The position numbers and the translations under genes were made by a program. Positions 38,965 through 53,261 of a stretch of DNA of 64,000 nucleotides are shown here, piece by piece. Source of the DNA: Amoebophrya sp. A120 (taxonomy: Eukaryota; Protista; Dinoflagellata); NCBI GenBank assembly GCA_905178155.1, contig CAJINV010000008.1, positions 4,303,420 through 4,367,419 on the forward strand, given 5' to 3'. The notes beneath the pieces are model-generated. The model saw only the letters and a program-made list of their open reading frames with translations. It searched no databases and was not told the origin of the DNA. Numbering within the stretch: the first letter of the stretch is position 1; each line of letters opens with the position of its first letter.

Positions 38965-41900
38965 ATGGCGTCAACCGAGCATCAAGAATACATACAGAAG
39001 AAGGTGAATCCTATCCAGTGTAAACAATTCACGAACCAATTACCGAGGCACGCTTTTGATTATGTAGTACATTTTTTCAGTACTCTCACCACTTCAAAAA
39101 TTCACTTTGCAGCTGCAGCTTGTGCATGTTGTGCATGAAACGCTTTGAGGTCGTATGTGGCCTCCGCAGAGCACCCACGCGAGGTGAGAAAGATCTGAAT
39201 TATAAGTAAAAGCCTCAGTTTGTCCTTGGAAAATCATGAGTTTTACACAGGATAAAATCCATCCTGGAATCACTAGTCACGGCAATACTACTCGGTAACA
39301 CCTGTCAGTTTGCCCATGTCTCGTTTTGTTTATGCTTCGTCAGACGGACAATGAATTAATGTTGATTCGACACAGAAAATTTCCACATCCAACACAGCAA
39401 CATCTCTGACGAGAACAGCGTGCACCACTGGTGCCAGACGTGATTCATCTCTCTCTTTTCTCAGGAAGTTCTTACTAAAGAAAAAAACCTATCCAGACAA
39501 GCCGGACGATGCGGTGGGTTTCATGATCTCTTGGCTTTCCGCCAAAGCAGCAGGTGGCGGCTCCGAGGCGGACAATTTGCGACTCCGAATAAATGCCGTG
39601 AAGCAGGAGATTGCAGATTTGGAGAACAAACTGGCCTTAGCGGACGAGTCCGACGATAACGACGACGATGTCGTCGACGAGCTCCCACCACCACCAGTCA
39701 AGAAGGGGCCCCGTTTATGAACGTAGAACAAGGGCGTTTCCATGAGATCTTCTCCATTGATCAATGCAATCGCAGCATGAGGGAGAAGAAGAAAGTTTTG
39801 CGTGAGGGGGACATTCTGTCATGCGCTGCTAAACGTAAGTGTAGACTAGCTACTGCAACCAAAGAATTGCTGGTGCTGCCCTCGAACGTCGCATGGTGCA
39901 TCTGCAACAATTCAAGAGCAACTTGTCCGAAAGAGAAGTTTACCGTGACACACGCCCTTATTTCCTTCCATACCGTGGGTCAGTATCCGCCGAGGCATAC
40001 GGGCAGTGGAACAAGAAAAAGGACTACAAACCGGTGGAAATCCCAAAGTTTATCAAGATGAAAACTTTTGGTGTGCTGGCAGCCATGCTCATGTAATTCC
40101 ATATGTACTGATTGAATTAGCGCACCACCAGTTTTCATCAGCACAATCGCAGACGAGGCGAAGGCACGAATCCGGCAAGTCCTGCAAGGCTCCTTCTTGT
40201 TCTCTACCTATGCGATAGAACTGAGGAGTTTTCATTTTTTTCTGGCTGAATGTCAACATGTGTGATGTCATAGGTAAGTATGCATCGTACGAGAAGCAAC
40301 AGAATTTTAGGAAAGCTCTAGTTTTGACATTCGATACTGAATTAGAAGAATCCGAACTCGAAATCGTTGTCATGGCGATGGAGGAAGTCAAGCCCGCCGC
40401 TGGAGAAAGAATCATCCAGCAGGTAAATGGGGTCTCATGTTGGATCTGCATGACAAACACGCTTTCTCGTGGCGGTAGTAATTGGACGGGATTAAGAAGC
40501 TATATAAGATTCACGTTTTTTGACGCCTGTAATGCAGATCATCCAGAAAACAAAAATGAAATCAGAACGACGACGGCGACTGTCTCTACGTCATCGAGGA
40601 GGGTGATATGCAAAGGAAATCTCGTCAGAAAAGATCGGTGGGGGATCTTCATACATAGCTTTCATAGAACCACGCGCATTTTCATTTTCGCAGCAGGAGG
40701 CTTCTGTCATTGACTGTCAGCGATTTATCATAAACAACTAGATGAACACCCCCACTCATTCGAAATTTTTCCACCTCCATATTCCTGTGCCAGTGCAAGA
40801 TAAATAAAGGCTTGGAGGGAGAAGTTGTCGTGAAGACGTGCGAGGCCGGAGACGCGTTTGGCGAACTGGCGCTCCTGTACAACTGTCCACGGGCAGCTTC
40901 CGTCGACGCCGCAGAGCCATCGGTGTTGTGGAAACTCGACCGACTAACTTTCAACGCCATCGTGAAGGACGCAGCAAGTACTTTTTGTTGATGAGTTTCT
41001 CATGCAGAATGTGCGGAGAACAGGTTTTTCTTCATGCGGGATCCTTTCTAGAAATTCCCTTTGGAGATAGAGAAAAATGCAAATGCCAATCTACCCCCAC
41101 CCACCAGGTAAAAAGCGAGAAAAGTACATCGCCTTCTTGCAGGGAGTGCAGATCATCAAGGATTTGGGCGGATACGAAGTTTCGCAGCTGGCCGACGCAT
41201 TAAAGCCGAGCATTGTGCCCGCGGGTTCAAATGTCGTGACGCAAGGAGAATCAGGTTTGCTGGTTATTGTGTCTGCGCGTGACAGACTCCGTGATAGGTT
41301 TGACGGTGATATCTTTATCCATTGCCAAACAGGTTGTTCTAGAAAAATACGATGCATGATCAGAGACATATCTTCGATCAGTAGATTTCTTTCTATCTAT
41401 TTCCTTTGCAGGCGACACCTTTTACCTCGTGGAGGACGGCGCGCTGTACGCATGGAAGGGCAACAGCCCAGACATCTCACTATTGGAGTTTACGCATTGC
41501 AAATTTTCTGTCATAATTGAAGGTCGTACGCATAAGAGGCAGCACGGAGAACAGAACTGATCGTGCGCCAGTTTGTGTGACTAAAGGGCGCCCAGTGCCT
41601 AATTTGTGCACTGTGCACTGCTTGTGATGTTGTAAAACGACAAATTTAAGTGCTCTATCTTCCCGTTCAAAAAAACCTGCGTGCCAACATGCAGTTACAT
41701 GGAGGTGCATCGAAACTCATGTCCCTGTTTTGTGCCGTGAGAACAAAGCTTGAAAACAAAAACATTTTTGCGATGCATAGACCACGGTCCAGGGCAATTT
41801 TTCGGTGAGCTTGCGCTGCTGAGAAACGACCTGCGACAAGCCAACGTGACGACGCGGTCGGACTGCAAGGTAGAAAGATGGCTATATCAAACGTGAAGAA

Positions 41901-42070
41901 AAAGCATGGATACATTTCTTCGCATAATACGAAGCCATTACTTCTACTGATGATGACACGCATGACAAACCCATAAAAATCAGTTGCTCTCCGTGGACCG
42001 GAAGACCTTCAGCCGGTTGTTGGGCCCGTTGCAACAGATCCTGGAGAAAAATGCGAGCGCGAACTACTAG
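38965..42070 (+). CDS. PKAR: cAMP-dependent protein kinase regulatory subunit (PKA-R); about 11 introns, mixed canonical and introner
   Basis: [32 protein letters not shown] (docking domain); [11 protein letters not shown] inhibitor site; two cNMP domains [16 protein letters not shown] and [16 protein letters not shown]; ends [18 protein letters not shown] stop. Confidence 0.93.
39012..40781. mobile_element. Introners in PKA-R: 39012-39254, 39716-39972, 40051-40145, 40209-40336, 40607-40781
   Basis: TAT-starting elements, mostly with visible TIRs; element+5 removal gives conserved VNPILE, PRGSVS, IPKSDE, FSTLEE, EEGVCQC. Confidence 0.85.
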
Positions 42071-43133
42071 AGCCAGCGGCCGGGAAGAGGACTACGACAG
42101 GGCGTTATACTTGGCTTCTGTTGTATCTCTTTACCAGCACGCGCAAATGATGGAATTATAGCTACAAAATGCCCAAGGCGAGCACGCTCGTTCCTCCAAT
42201 TCTCACCCTTGGGTGCGCTCGAGGTTGTTTGCGAAAGTGAGGCTGGTAGCGCCGTATGCAACTTCCTCTACCTCCATCGTAGGTTTATTGAAGATTCCCA
42301 CCGTTCGTGAAGGTACGTACAACAAGTAACATTGCTGAAAGGACAAAAGTATCTATGGAACTGCCAAATAAATAGTCCATTTGAGTAGCACCACCGACAC
42401 CTACGCAAGTGCATCTTTGCTACTGGCGAGGTACTACAACGGTAAGTATGGAAATTAAAGATTCGAAACCGAAATCTAAATTGATTACAAGTCGATAATA
42501 GGCGATAAGTCAACGCTGGAATCGCACTAAAGAAAGGACGTGCGTCGTGATCCGAGAAATAAACGCGAGAATGACCCTGTAAATAAGAGTAGGAGACAAT
42601 AGGACGCTGCGCAACATGTACAACAAAAAGGCACTCCTCATAAGCATTCAGAAAAGTCCAGAAGACGTACTGATCCCTTTGCCGCCCAGGGCCGAATCAG
42701 CTGTAGCTGGCACCATGATCTGCGCTGCAATACTTATACGACATGCAACCGTGTTGAAAATATTGTTGTGGCGAAACAGTAATTGCCATTCCCACAGTGA
42801 CTACAAACTGACCGAAAAATAAAGTTGGCGACAATTCCCTACATCCATGGGAAAAAGCAGTTCCTCTTGCATGCAGGTCCGAGCTTCACCATAAGCATTC
42901 TCACGCACGCTCACCTCTGCATCGAATCTGAGCGGCTACTTCTGCGCTCTTGTAAAGAGCTGTGCCTGCTTGAAAATGATCACAGAAGGAATCAATAGAT
43001 ACGAAGCTCCAGAGTGCAAAATTGATTTATCCGCTTCCAGCTTCTCCTTGTCGAGCTTCTGCTTCACTCATGAAATTGACAAAAACTGCCCACACCCAAC
43101 ACTTCTAGGCACCACCGAGGGAAACATGCTGCA

Positions 43134-46100
43134 ATGACGATGGGGCGAGCGCCGCCTTGGCTCGGCGGCGAGCTACAAAACTGCGGCGGCGGATCAATTT
43201 GCCTTGGCGCGCGGCCCTCCGGAGCCCTCCGTTGTTTGGGGATTCTTGTGCGACGAGCTGGATTCCTCGTGATATCCAATCTATCTTTTCACCAACCTAT
43301 TACCGGCGTCTCCGGAGGTTTGATTCCCATCTCCATTACCGAACGAGTGGAAAGGACGGGCCAACTGCTTGGTGGGCAGAAGGTCGTGGTGGATCAAAGC
43401 GATTCGGGTAGTGCTGCAGGAAGTGGATCCTCGACTACGCCGTCGACTGTCGTGCCGAAGGATGTTCATGTTGCGCAAGAGGGGACTGGTAACCTCGGCA
43501 GCACGGCGGCCGCTGCGCCAGAGAGTGCGCGCGAGGATCTGGTGAGAGCACTAGCGCCAGCTGATGGACGTCAGCGCGATGGAGGCGAGCTTGGAGAGGA
43601 TCACGATCCCGGACGACATGATGAGAATCCCGCTACTCGGAGTTATCCTCAAGATGCAGGTGGAAAGAAGACGGCAACGGATTTTCTAGCAGATCCACTA
43701 GAGAACATATGCAGTGTACCTGCGCAGATACAGTAGATAAAGTGGAGGAGGTTTTATTCGCCTATCATCTAAACAATCGGTGGTCGAAAGCGACCCGAGC
43801 GCATGATCGATGAAGTGGATAAACGTGTATTCTTAATGTTTTTTTTTGTGGGCTTGATAAGTGCTTCGATGACACTTGCCTTACTGCAGGCAGGCTGCTG
43901 GAAGCGATTCTTATGGGCCAAAGAGCTCCATTCTGCGAATGATTGATAAGCGCGCGAAGAGGCCCTCGGTGTGGCACGATCTGCATATCGTCCCGCTTGT
44001 GGTCAGTATGTGTTTTGTTGAGGCTCTGCACGATAAGAAAACGTCCCCGCTTCATCTGAAGCGAAATTTTTCTGCACGAATAACAGACCCAAGCGAAACT
44101 ACTGTAGATGGCGCATCCTCTGCTGCGGAGAAAGAACAGTTGCACCAGAAGAAAAATACGCAGTCGAGCATAGCAGACACGGAAGGAACCGTCGGTACTC
44201 CCGGACTCAAGAAACGTCTGGCTGAAAGAACCGTCGTCGTGGTCTCGCCTTCGTCCAGGATGAAGACGGATGCGGAGAAGGACGAGGAGACCGCACAGGA
44301 AAAACACGATGAGGATCCTGCTCCGCGCCGTGCTGATGCTGCACCCGCTACGGGAAGTGATGGGAGGGAGACCGTGGGTCGTGCTCTCGTCCCTGCTCAT
44401 CCCATAAAAACAGGCTCGCTGCTGGAGACCCGCGCGAACATTTTTCCCCCCACCCTCCTTTCTTCAACTTCTGGATTGTTGGATGGTGCGATCCAAGCAG
44501 CTAAGGACACTGCAACGCAGACAGTTATTCAAAAATTCCAAGATCACATCGAGCTATATTTCAGTGACAAAGGAACTGATATGACTTCGGCCGTGAAGAC
44601 CGTCATGGCTCGCGTCATGAAAATGCTACGATGCGAATAATCCTCAGGCGCTCAATAGAACAAGACGGCGCCAGCGCGCGACCTGTTGCGCTCAACCCCT
44701 GGAAGGAGTGGGCCTTCAAAATGTGCAGGCACTATCGATAGACGCTGAGGCGCCCTGCGTGATTAATGAATTTGCTTGTAGTTCTACCGCTCTTTCTTCA
44801 AACGGGCAATAAGTAACGTTTCTGTGCGATATTTTCCCTGGTGCTGACGCAGAAGAATTGATTGCAAAGCTGATCGCCCGATTGAGTGCCGTGATTTTTC
44901 AGAACGATGCCGTGGATTGCTGGATCTCGTCCAGGGAAACTCGGTAGTCCTCATGGTCGATACCATGGTGGAGGAGCTTGGCGCCGTATTTGGAATTCTG
45001 CTGAAAGGATTTTTCGCAGCCCTGTTTCCGCCATTTGGCACCTTCGCGGGCTTGCTTTTTTCAGGGCCGTTTTTGCTGTTGCTCGATCGGGGTATGAAGC
45101 AGTACGCAAGATCGACAGAAAGTAGAATCTACGAACTACTGCGCGACAATCTCAGTATCGTTATCAATGAGTGGGCGACCCCGCAGGGACCGATCTTCGA
45201 AGCCCTGGTTTACTATTTGTCGAATGAAAGCGACATTTTCCAGAAAGTGGCCGACAAGCTCAATTCCGTGTTACTAGCAGGAAGTACGGATGCCGAAAAA
45301 AGTGGCGCAAATGCCTTTATCAGCCGAATCAAAGAAAAGCTTTCCTCTTTTGCGACAAACGAGAAGGTGACGGCCTTAATACGTGCGCTAAGTTCAATGA
45401 AAGAGGGCGACGCATCATTCGAAGCAGTTGCCGAACAGATCGCGAACGAAGACAAAGAATTTGAAGCCGCTGGTATCCCGATCGAAGGCTCAGCGGAAAA
45501 TGAGGAAAACGCCGAGCCAGATCAAGTTGAGGACGAAAAGAAAATCATATACGAGAAAGGCGACAAAAGTCCAATTGGAAGATTGATGGATACAGCTCAA
45601 ACAAAAATCAAAGGTGCGTTCATACGAGTGGGCGCTCTGGTCTTGCCGAAGTATTACGAGTCTCCGGGGAAGTACTTGTTCCCGAACATACTTTCTCTGC
45701 TCTGCGATGTTGTAGGAATGGTAGTGTCCACGGTCGTTGGTGTCATCGCAGGACCCCTTGGCTTCTTGGTGAAGCCGATTGTGAACAAAGTCATCTCCGA
45801 CAGGATTGTAGCTGTCTTTGAAAACCAACCGAGCAACGGGAGATGCGTGGAAAAAAACAAGTCGACGTTTGTACCGCCGCCGCGCAGTAGCTATTTCCCG
45901 AAGCGAAAACCAATCAGTCAAGAAGGTGAGCCGAGTGATACCGCAACCACCCAAGACGATGCGCTTTTTTGCTGCCTGAAGCCACTTGAGGACGGACAGA
46001 TGAACGAGAAAATGGAAGGTCTCATCATGCGCCTCGTTCCACAGTGTTCAGGCCCACCGAAGACGGGGACGCTCGGCGAACTGCAGTGCGAAGAGGGAGA

Positions 46101-47560
46101 AATTCCAGGCCTAGTAACGTCGAACAAACTACGACAGCACATTCCTAGCCACGACTGCCAATGCTCACTATGAGCAGAGCGCGCGACTTTGTATCTATGA
46201 ACATGATTTAGCATGGGCGCGAATGAACACGCACATACCTCGCCAAAGCATTGTGCGACCTGCCGCAACTCCAGACTCTGCAGCGCGTGCATATTGGATG
46301 GATGTACGTAAAAGACTGAGCATTATTTTCCTTGCAGTATAGTAAATGACCACACTTTGCATACGTACAAATAATACATAGAGAGAAAAAAGAATGTTTC
46401 TTCTCAATGTACATCGTTGGTGTAGTTGTATCATGAAAACAAACTCACACGCGCAGCAAGTGGATGGCCGAATTTCTCCCCTCGAAGATGCCGAGCGAAT
46501 GGCGCACAATCAAGCGACAAGAACGCGAAGTGCATTGCAACTGACGACGACTACGCTGATGTGCTGTGTAAGAACTATTGCAAGGAGTGGCACGAACAAG
46601 TGCCAAACTCTGAAAAACGAACAGACCCTCCCGCGAAAGCCGAATCTGATGACGGAACCAGCTTAGCGCATGAGTTTTGTTTTTGCAGCCCTGAGAAGGC
46701 GGATCGGTATTATGTAAAGGCAACACTTGCGGCGAGGACCAGTGCCTGTGCGGAACGCCGCGCAGCCAAAGAAGAAAACGAGAACAAGTGCTTCACCTCC
46801 AAGTACATGTTCTGCATGCCCGCAAACCGACCCTGCATGAATTTTCCGCTCATGCTAAATCAACGCATGTCTCACGCCACGATGACTCAAATTCCAAGGC
46901 TCGTCAGTGGATTTACCGGCCACGCCATGGCCCGGACGCTGCGGTCGTTGAAGAACGGCTTGTCCTTCTTGTTGAGTTGGGGTGCAAAAAAATTTCAAGG
47001 TGGAGTTGAGGCAGTAAAAAGGTTATTTAAAGGCCCTGAAAAGGGCCAAGAGCAAGCTGCGAAACCAACGAAAGGCAGCAGATTTCTCTCGCTCGAAAGC
47101 CTCACAACAAAGATGCGCCAGATCCTCGCTACGGTGACCGGTGATAAGACTGTTGCTGCGGTTAAAACTAAAGTTTTAGCGGTAATAGGAGGTCTTGTGT
47201 CTTCGATTCCTGTTGTCGGGCCCTTCATCCGCAGAAAAGTCGAGCAGGAACTTGATTCAAAGATTGAGGGCGCTCTGGAGTCCATCCATTTCGGCCGGCG
47301 CGCGAACGACTTCGTCCTCGCAAAAATTGTACCCCGCATGGTGAGCCTTGTGCTGAATGAAAAGGTTTTGAAAATCCTGAAAAGCATTATGGGGAATGGA
47401 ATCCGGGCAGGCATCAAACTTGCCGGATCTGGATTCAAAAGACTCGGCGAGTACATGCGTTTTTGGGATCTTGCCGAGTCAGCACCCCCAGATCAAGACA
47501 CCGTCTCGGATGAAAAAGTTGAAAGCAATATCGAAAAATTAGAGCGCGGCACACTCAAAC
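43134..47560 (+). CDS. Large hypothetical multi-exon protein, part upstream of the copia insertion (Cys-rich and hydrophobic helical segments)
   Basis: Long co-directional ORFs 43134-43736, 43876-44640, 44917-46173, 46426-47560; no family recognised. Confidence 0.6.
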
Positions 47561-48057
47561 TGTTGGCCATGTGATCAGAACCCTCGCGCAGCTGTGTCTG
47601 AAGCTTCTCAAGATGATCTGAAAGGCCTGCTCCCAATGAAATGACAAGACCGGAATGACCTGAACTAGCTAGATCCTAAAGGAATCGCTTCACCATTTGA
47701 CCCGAATCCCCCAAATACTACGAAGGCAAAGCCATCACGATCGGAATGAAATGAAGGGACTCCGCTCGTGTTAGACGTTCAGAATGACCACCCTGAGGGG
47801 GTTGACTCCCGTCAGGGTTGAGCACCTTACCGACAGCACTGAGGGAGGTACTCCCATGCTGTTTAGCCACTTGACTCTGACCAGGATCAGGGTCATTCCA
47901 TGTGATGAATTTGAATGACATTGAACACACAGGAAGCAACGCAGCCAGAGGCTTTCGCCCTGTCTGCTGAGAGATTGAAGTGCTGGAATTGATTGAAAGA
48001 CCTGTTTAGGTAGAAGCTTTAGTCACTCAGTGTGGCAGGTGTGTTCAAAGTCCAGCA
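47561..48057 (+). repeat. 5' LTR
   Basis: 14 substitutions and no indels versus 53262-53758 by manual comparison (about 97% identity). Confidence 0.97.
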
Positions 48058-48126
48058 CTGCTTTGCGACTTAGACGCCAGTCTGTGCTACTTACACTAGT
48101 GACAGTAGATTCATTGAAGAAACAAG

Positions 48127-49280
48127 ATGACTGCGGTATCCGCAGAGATCGACGCGAAGCTGCCGGATGCGACTGGTTGGATTGAGTGGGATCGTTCTGT
48201 CCGTGAGGAGGTCACGCGCCTCGGACTAGACATCCACTTCAGCAACGTCGTCGCCAATCTCGGTCAGCCCGGCCTCCCCGGAGGGCCCGGGCAGCAGGCT
48301 CAGACGGTTGCCCAGAAATGGCGCAACCTGAAGGCCGCTATGTTGAAGTCCTTGACTGGTTCAGGGTTCTTGTAAGACCTGGCTACACGCTCGCCCGAAT
48401 TACAACGATCTACGATCTGAACGCTGGAGAGTTGTATTTGGAGCTGCGTGATGAAGGTCATTGCAACCAGCAGAACAGGACCCAGCAGACAATCCGTGTC
48501 GCTGGTCTGGAATCGATGAAATTCGATGACCGCGACCAACCTCAGGACCCGCCTACCTTCCTCGCCAAGGTCAAGCGCATCACGGACCAGTCCCCTGCGG
48601 TGTTTCCGCCTGATGCTGCGCGTCCTCTCCCCGACCAACAGGCCCCGAACGTCTTAGACTACCTGCCCAAGATGTTTTCCAAGGGATTGAGGGACACGAT
48701 CGCGCGCATGGTGGAGGACGGCGCCCAGCTGACCATGCAGGAAATGGGTAACAAGCTGGCGGCCCGTCTGCAGGCCATGATCAAGGACGGCGAGCACAAG
48801 GTGGAGAACTCCAGCTTCGGCAAGGCGTTCCCGGCGGTCGAGTACGACGAGGACAAGACTGCCGCTTCCAAGAAACGCCCCCAGGCTAGTGGTAACGATG
48901 AGGGCGGTAGAGCTTTCATGTCTACGACTGCTCTCAAGCGGTTCAGGGCTAAACTGAAAAAGAAAGTTACCGCCGAAGTCCACGCACGCCAGGGCGGTAA
49001 TCCTTCTACCCGCAAGAAGGGGAAGGGCAAGAAGGAGAAGAATCTCAAGGATTACAAAAAGAATATCCAGTGCTGCAAGTGCTATGACTGGGGTCACTAC
49101 GCGTGGGAGTGTCCTACCGGCGCTGCGTCTGCGGGTGGGAAGCCCAAAGGCAAAGGCAAAGGAAGGGGCAACGCGTGCACCGGTTTTGGTGAACCTACGG
49201 CCTACCGAGACTGGGGTGGCTGCTGGATGTGGCACGACGCTAGCGCTGGAGCGGGTTCCGGCAAGCCCGGACCAAGCTGA
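48127..49280 (+). pseudogene. gag: Copia gag (frameshifted)
   Basis: Zinc knuckle CCKCYDWGHYAWEC (CX2CX4HX4C); split over ORFs 48127-48375 and 48318-49280. Confidence 0.85.
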
Positions 49281-49385
49281 GAAGACGACGTCCAAGATCC
49301 GGAACGAGGGAGATGCTGTCTGAATTTTGAGGAGGATGAGAGTTATTGCAGGAGTTTCGTAGATTCGGTAAACTCTGCTGCTGCC

Positions 49386-52300
49386 ATGTTGTCTGTCGTT
49401 GACTATTGTGCAGCCAGTTACCTAGGTGCAAAGCAGGTAAACTTAGTGGACAGCTGTGCAAACAGTTACTTATCAAAGCACGCTGATGATTTTAAGAACA
49501 TCACGGGCCGACGCTGTGCCATCAACGGAACAGCCGGCGCGCGCGATGGTTTTATAGGAGAACTAAAAGAAAATCAATTAAACCCGCGACATGGTGTTTA
49601 TTTCAAAGATCTACCAAAGGATATTGATGGGATTTTGCCTTGGCTCGGTGAAGGTAATATGTCACAAATAGGATGGGAGCTAACCTCTCACAGCACCGGC
49701 GGAACCATTGCTCACACTGGTACCGGCCGCGTGTTGGACATAAAGAATCGTCCCAGAATGTGCCTTCCCGTCCTCGGTTGCAACTTGTTCGACCTGCAGG
49801 AGGCAGATAGCACGGACCTCGTCTGTACTACTGTCGCCCAGGCCTCTGCTGGTGATTGTTACTTGACTAAACTAGAATTACACAGACGCTTCGGCGTTTC
49901 CACGTGGACGGGCTCAGCGTCAGTTGTCCCGAATGTGATAGAACTAAGGGACAGAGAAATCCACGCGCGAAAGTACGAAATGTCGAGAATTATACACCTC
50001 AACCGTTAAAGTTATTAGCGTTTGACTTCGGTGTCGGTGTGAAACCTACCTCAATCATGAGGCCCACCTGTGTACTTGTTGGCATCTGTGACGACATCAA
50101 GAAGTGTTTTGTCAGGCCTCTTTTGTACAAGAGCGACTGCGTTGAGGAGATTGAAGCGATTATCAAAGGCATTCGCGCAGACTGGTCATTGTCCTTGGGT
50201 GACAAGGTCGCTTGGTTCCTGAGACGGGACAGTGAGCCAGTTCTGGGCAGTGAGCACATGGCCAAGGTCATGCAATCGCTGCAGATCTGTGGCGCTCCGA
50301 TTGTTCCTCACAATCCTGAGCAAAACGGAACTTGCGAACGGTTCATGCGGGCGCTGTTCGGTTCGTGCCGTACACTGCTAGTCCACGTTGATCGCCGACT
50401 GTGGCCCTATGCCATAGTCTACAGTGGTGATTGCTGGGACCGGCTGCCGCACAAATACGCAAAGATGCCAGAGTTTGACGGAATGACTCCGATGGAGATT
50501 CTCGAGAAGAGAACAGGGAGGAACAGTGCGAAGCAGGGCGCTGGCCTGCTCAGGCGTTTTGGTTGTCTTGTTTACTTCCGTGAACAAATCAAGACGGATA
50601 GAGAAGGGCAAGGAGGTCCCAAGCTCAGTCCGCCCTTTCGTCGAGGAGTGTTTCTCGGGCTTTGTCCTAAGTCATCGGGCTGGCTCGTGGGCACCTTCGT
50701 TGCAGACGATCGGACAAGAGACGGACATCGGTGGGCCGAGTATTCTCCTCGCGATGCCGAGTTTCGGGAGGATATACTCGTCAAGAACATCGACTGGCTC
50801 CTACCCAGTTCGACGGGAGTCTTCATACCAATGGACTACCTGGAAGATCTCCAAAGCGGCGCATCGCAACCGGTTCCGCCCGCGCTTGGACGGCTAGACT
50901 CGCAATCTAGTTCGGCTCATCGCCTGGAGGTTCATGGGGCGGGGCACGCTGAGGAATCGACCGCCGGCTTAGAACTTCAAGTAGAGACACTGGACAGAGA
51001 GGAAGAAGGTCCAGCAGAGTCCCCGGAAGCTCCTATACTGCCGCAAGCTGAGGCGGGGAACCTCGCAGCGAGCAACAGTGGAGGAGGGGAACAAGCTCGA
51101 GAAGCGTCTTCTAGTCCTGCTAGGGGTCGTCACGCACCGGCAAGGATTGTGGCTGGCAACCGCAACTCCAAGCCGCGCCGCGGACGCCCGAAAGGGGTCA
51201 AGGATAAGAAGAAACGCACTCGGCGCACAACAGCACAGCTCGAGCAGCTGAAGAAAAACGCAGGGGCGTTTGCCGCAGCGAATTGGAACGCTATAGGCAA
51301 GCTTGATGATGGTGAGGAGATCGCCGAGGCCATAGCGATGTTGACGAACGCAGACTCCTGGGAAGCTTATCTTTCGTTCCGCTGGGAAGGCTCTCAAATT
51401 GCCTGACGCTGAGCTTGCAGCTAAGTGGCAGAAGGTAACTGACAAGGAGGAAGCGCGTCTGCTAGCATATGAGACGTGGAAGCCAGCCTCTGAAGAGGAG
51501 CTAGCTACCGCGAGGCAAGTGCTTCCAATCGCTATCATACTGACCGTCAAACGCGACGGGACGCATAAAGCTCGAGCCTGTGTCCTTGGCAATCTTGATC
51601 GGTCGGGTGATGTCGACATGTTCGCGCCAGTGGTATCGCATGCAGCTAATCGCTTGCTACTGGTGTCTGCAGCCGCAGACGGCGACCATGTCATCCCGCA
51701 TGATCTCGATAGCGCGTTCCTTAGTGCCTTGTTAGATCGCGACGCACGTCTACTGCCGCTTGCCACCCATCTGGGCAGCAAAGCACAGGAGTGCAGTCGT
51801 GAAACTACACAAAGCGCGATATGGGCTAAAGGACGCACCACGGGCCTGGTTCAAGAAGTATGAGAGCATCTTGACCGAGTTAGGTTGGGAGCCTTGTCCT
51901 TCTGCGCCTGGTTTGTGGAGAAAGCCAAGCATATCGCACCCAGGAAGATATCTCAAGCTTGCTGTCTATGTCGGCGACAACTTGATCGCAGGGCCCGACC
52001 TTGCTGAACTTCGTGCCGAACTGCAAAAGACTCTGTCGCGCGTCCCCGGGCGTGAGATAGCTGCCGAGCTCTTTACCGATTCCAATGGTATCGGGTGGCA
52101 AGAGTTCGACTTCCTTGGGGCGATTGTGTACTACTCCAGGGAGCACAAGTCAGCGCGTGTGACCATGGGGGAGTATATAGAGAAAATTGCCAAGAAGTTC
52201 GCCGTGACACTAGGCAAGCCGGTACGTTCTCCGAACTTTGACGAGTCAGCTCGGACGGAAGAAGTTCTTGAAGAGCTGAAGGACTATCCTCTCAGATCCG

Positions 52301-53157
52301 TAGTTGGTGCGTTGCAATGGATCGCGACCACTGCGCGTCCTGACATTTGTGTGCCGGTTTCTACTCTCGCTCGCTATGTGGGCAAACCAGCCACGAAAAG
52401 GATCGCCCACGCCTGCAGAAAAGTGATAAAGTTCCTCCTGACAACGAAGGAAGTGGGACTATCGTACAGTCCAGAGGAAGAAGCGAAGTTCAATGAGATT
52501 TATCAGAAGCTGGCGCCGGAGGGCAGGAACGTGCCGCGTCTGAGCCTGTTCTCTGATGCTGGTTTCGCGAATTGTTTGAAGACGATGCGTTCTACCACCG
52601 GCTCGATTATGTACTACCGCGGCTTCCCGATCTGCTGGCGCAGTAATCGGCAGACCGTGCGTGCGTATTCGACGGCGGAGAGCGAGTATATCGCCGCCTC
52701 TGACACTATTGTGCTCAGTGAGCAAAACGATTTCGCTGACTTCTTTGCTCCTCTACCTACCAAGATGGTAGAAACGCAGTACGGCTTATCCCCATCCCTG
52801 GACGATGCCATCTTGTGGGTGGGCAACCAATCCGCAATCGCTACGGCCAAAAGCACAGACACAAAACCGAAGTCACGGCATTACGCTCTACGCTGTCTGC
52901 GTGTGCGAGATGCTGCCAGTCGTATAGTCTTTTGCCCGACGCATCTGATGAAGGCAGATGGGCTTACGAAGCTGGAATGCTCAGCCCCACAGCGCAGGCT
53001 GCTTTTGCATCACGTAGACAATCCAGTCATCGCCTGTGACTCTTCACATCCTGACGCCCAGTCGGATGATGCGGATGATTCTGATGCCCTTTATACTAGT
53101 TTCTACGATGATAGTGGAGTAGCTTTAGTGTTGTACGCTGTAGACTTTGGATTTTAG
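49386..53157 (+). pseudogene. pol: Copia pol (protease, integrase, RT, RNase H), frameshifted with mutated active sites
   Basis: LVDSCA; LHRRFG..CPEC; HNPEQNGTCER; RRFGC; KARACVLG; KARYGLKDAPRAW; YVGD (for YVDD); RPDI; SDAGFA; STAESEYIA; WVGNQSAI (for DN); ADGLTK. Confidence 0.93.
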
Positions 53158-53261
53158 CCCGAGGAGGGGCGTGCGTGCATATTTTATATCAGCTTTTATA
53201 TCATGGAAGAAGGCGTAGTAAGGCTCTTGGAGGCTCACAGACTGCATCGATTGAGGAGGGG

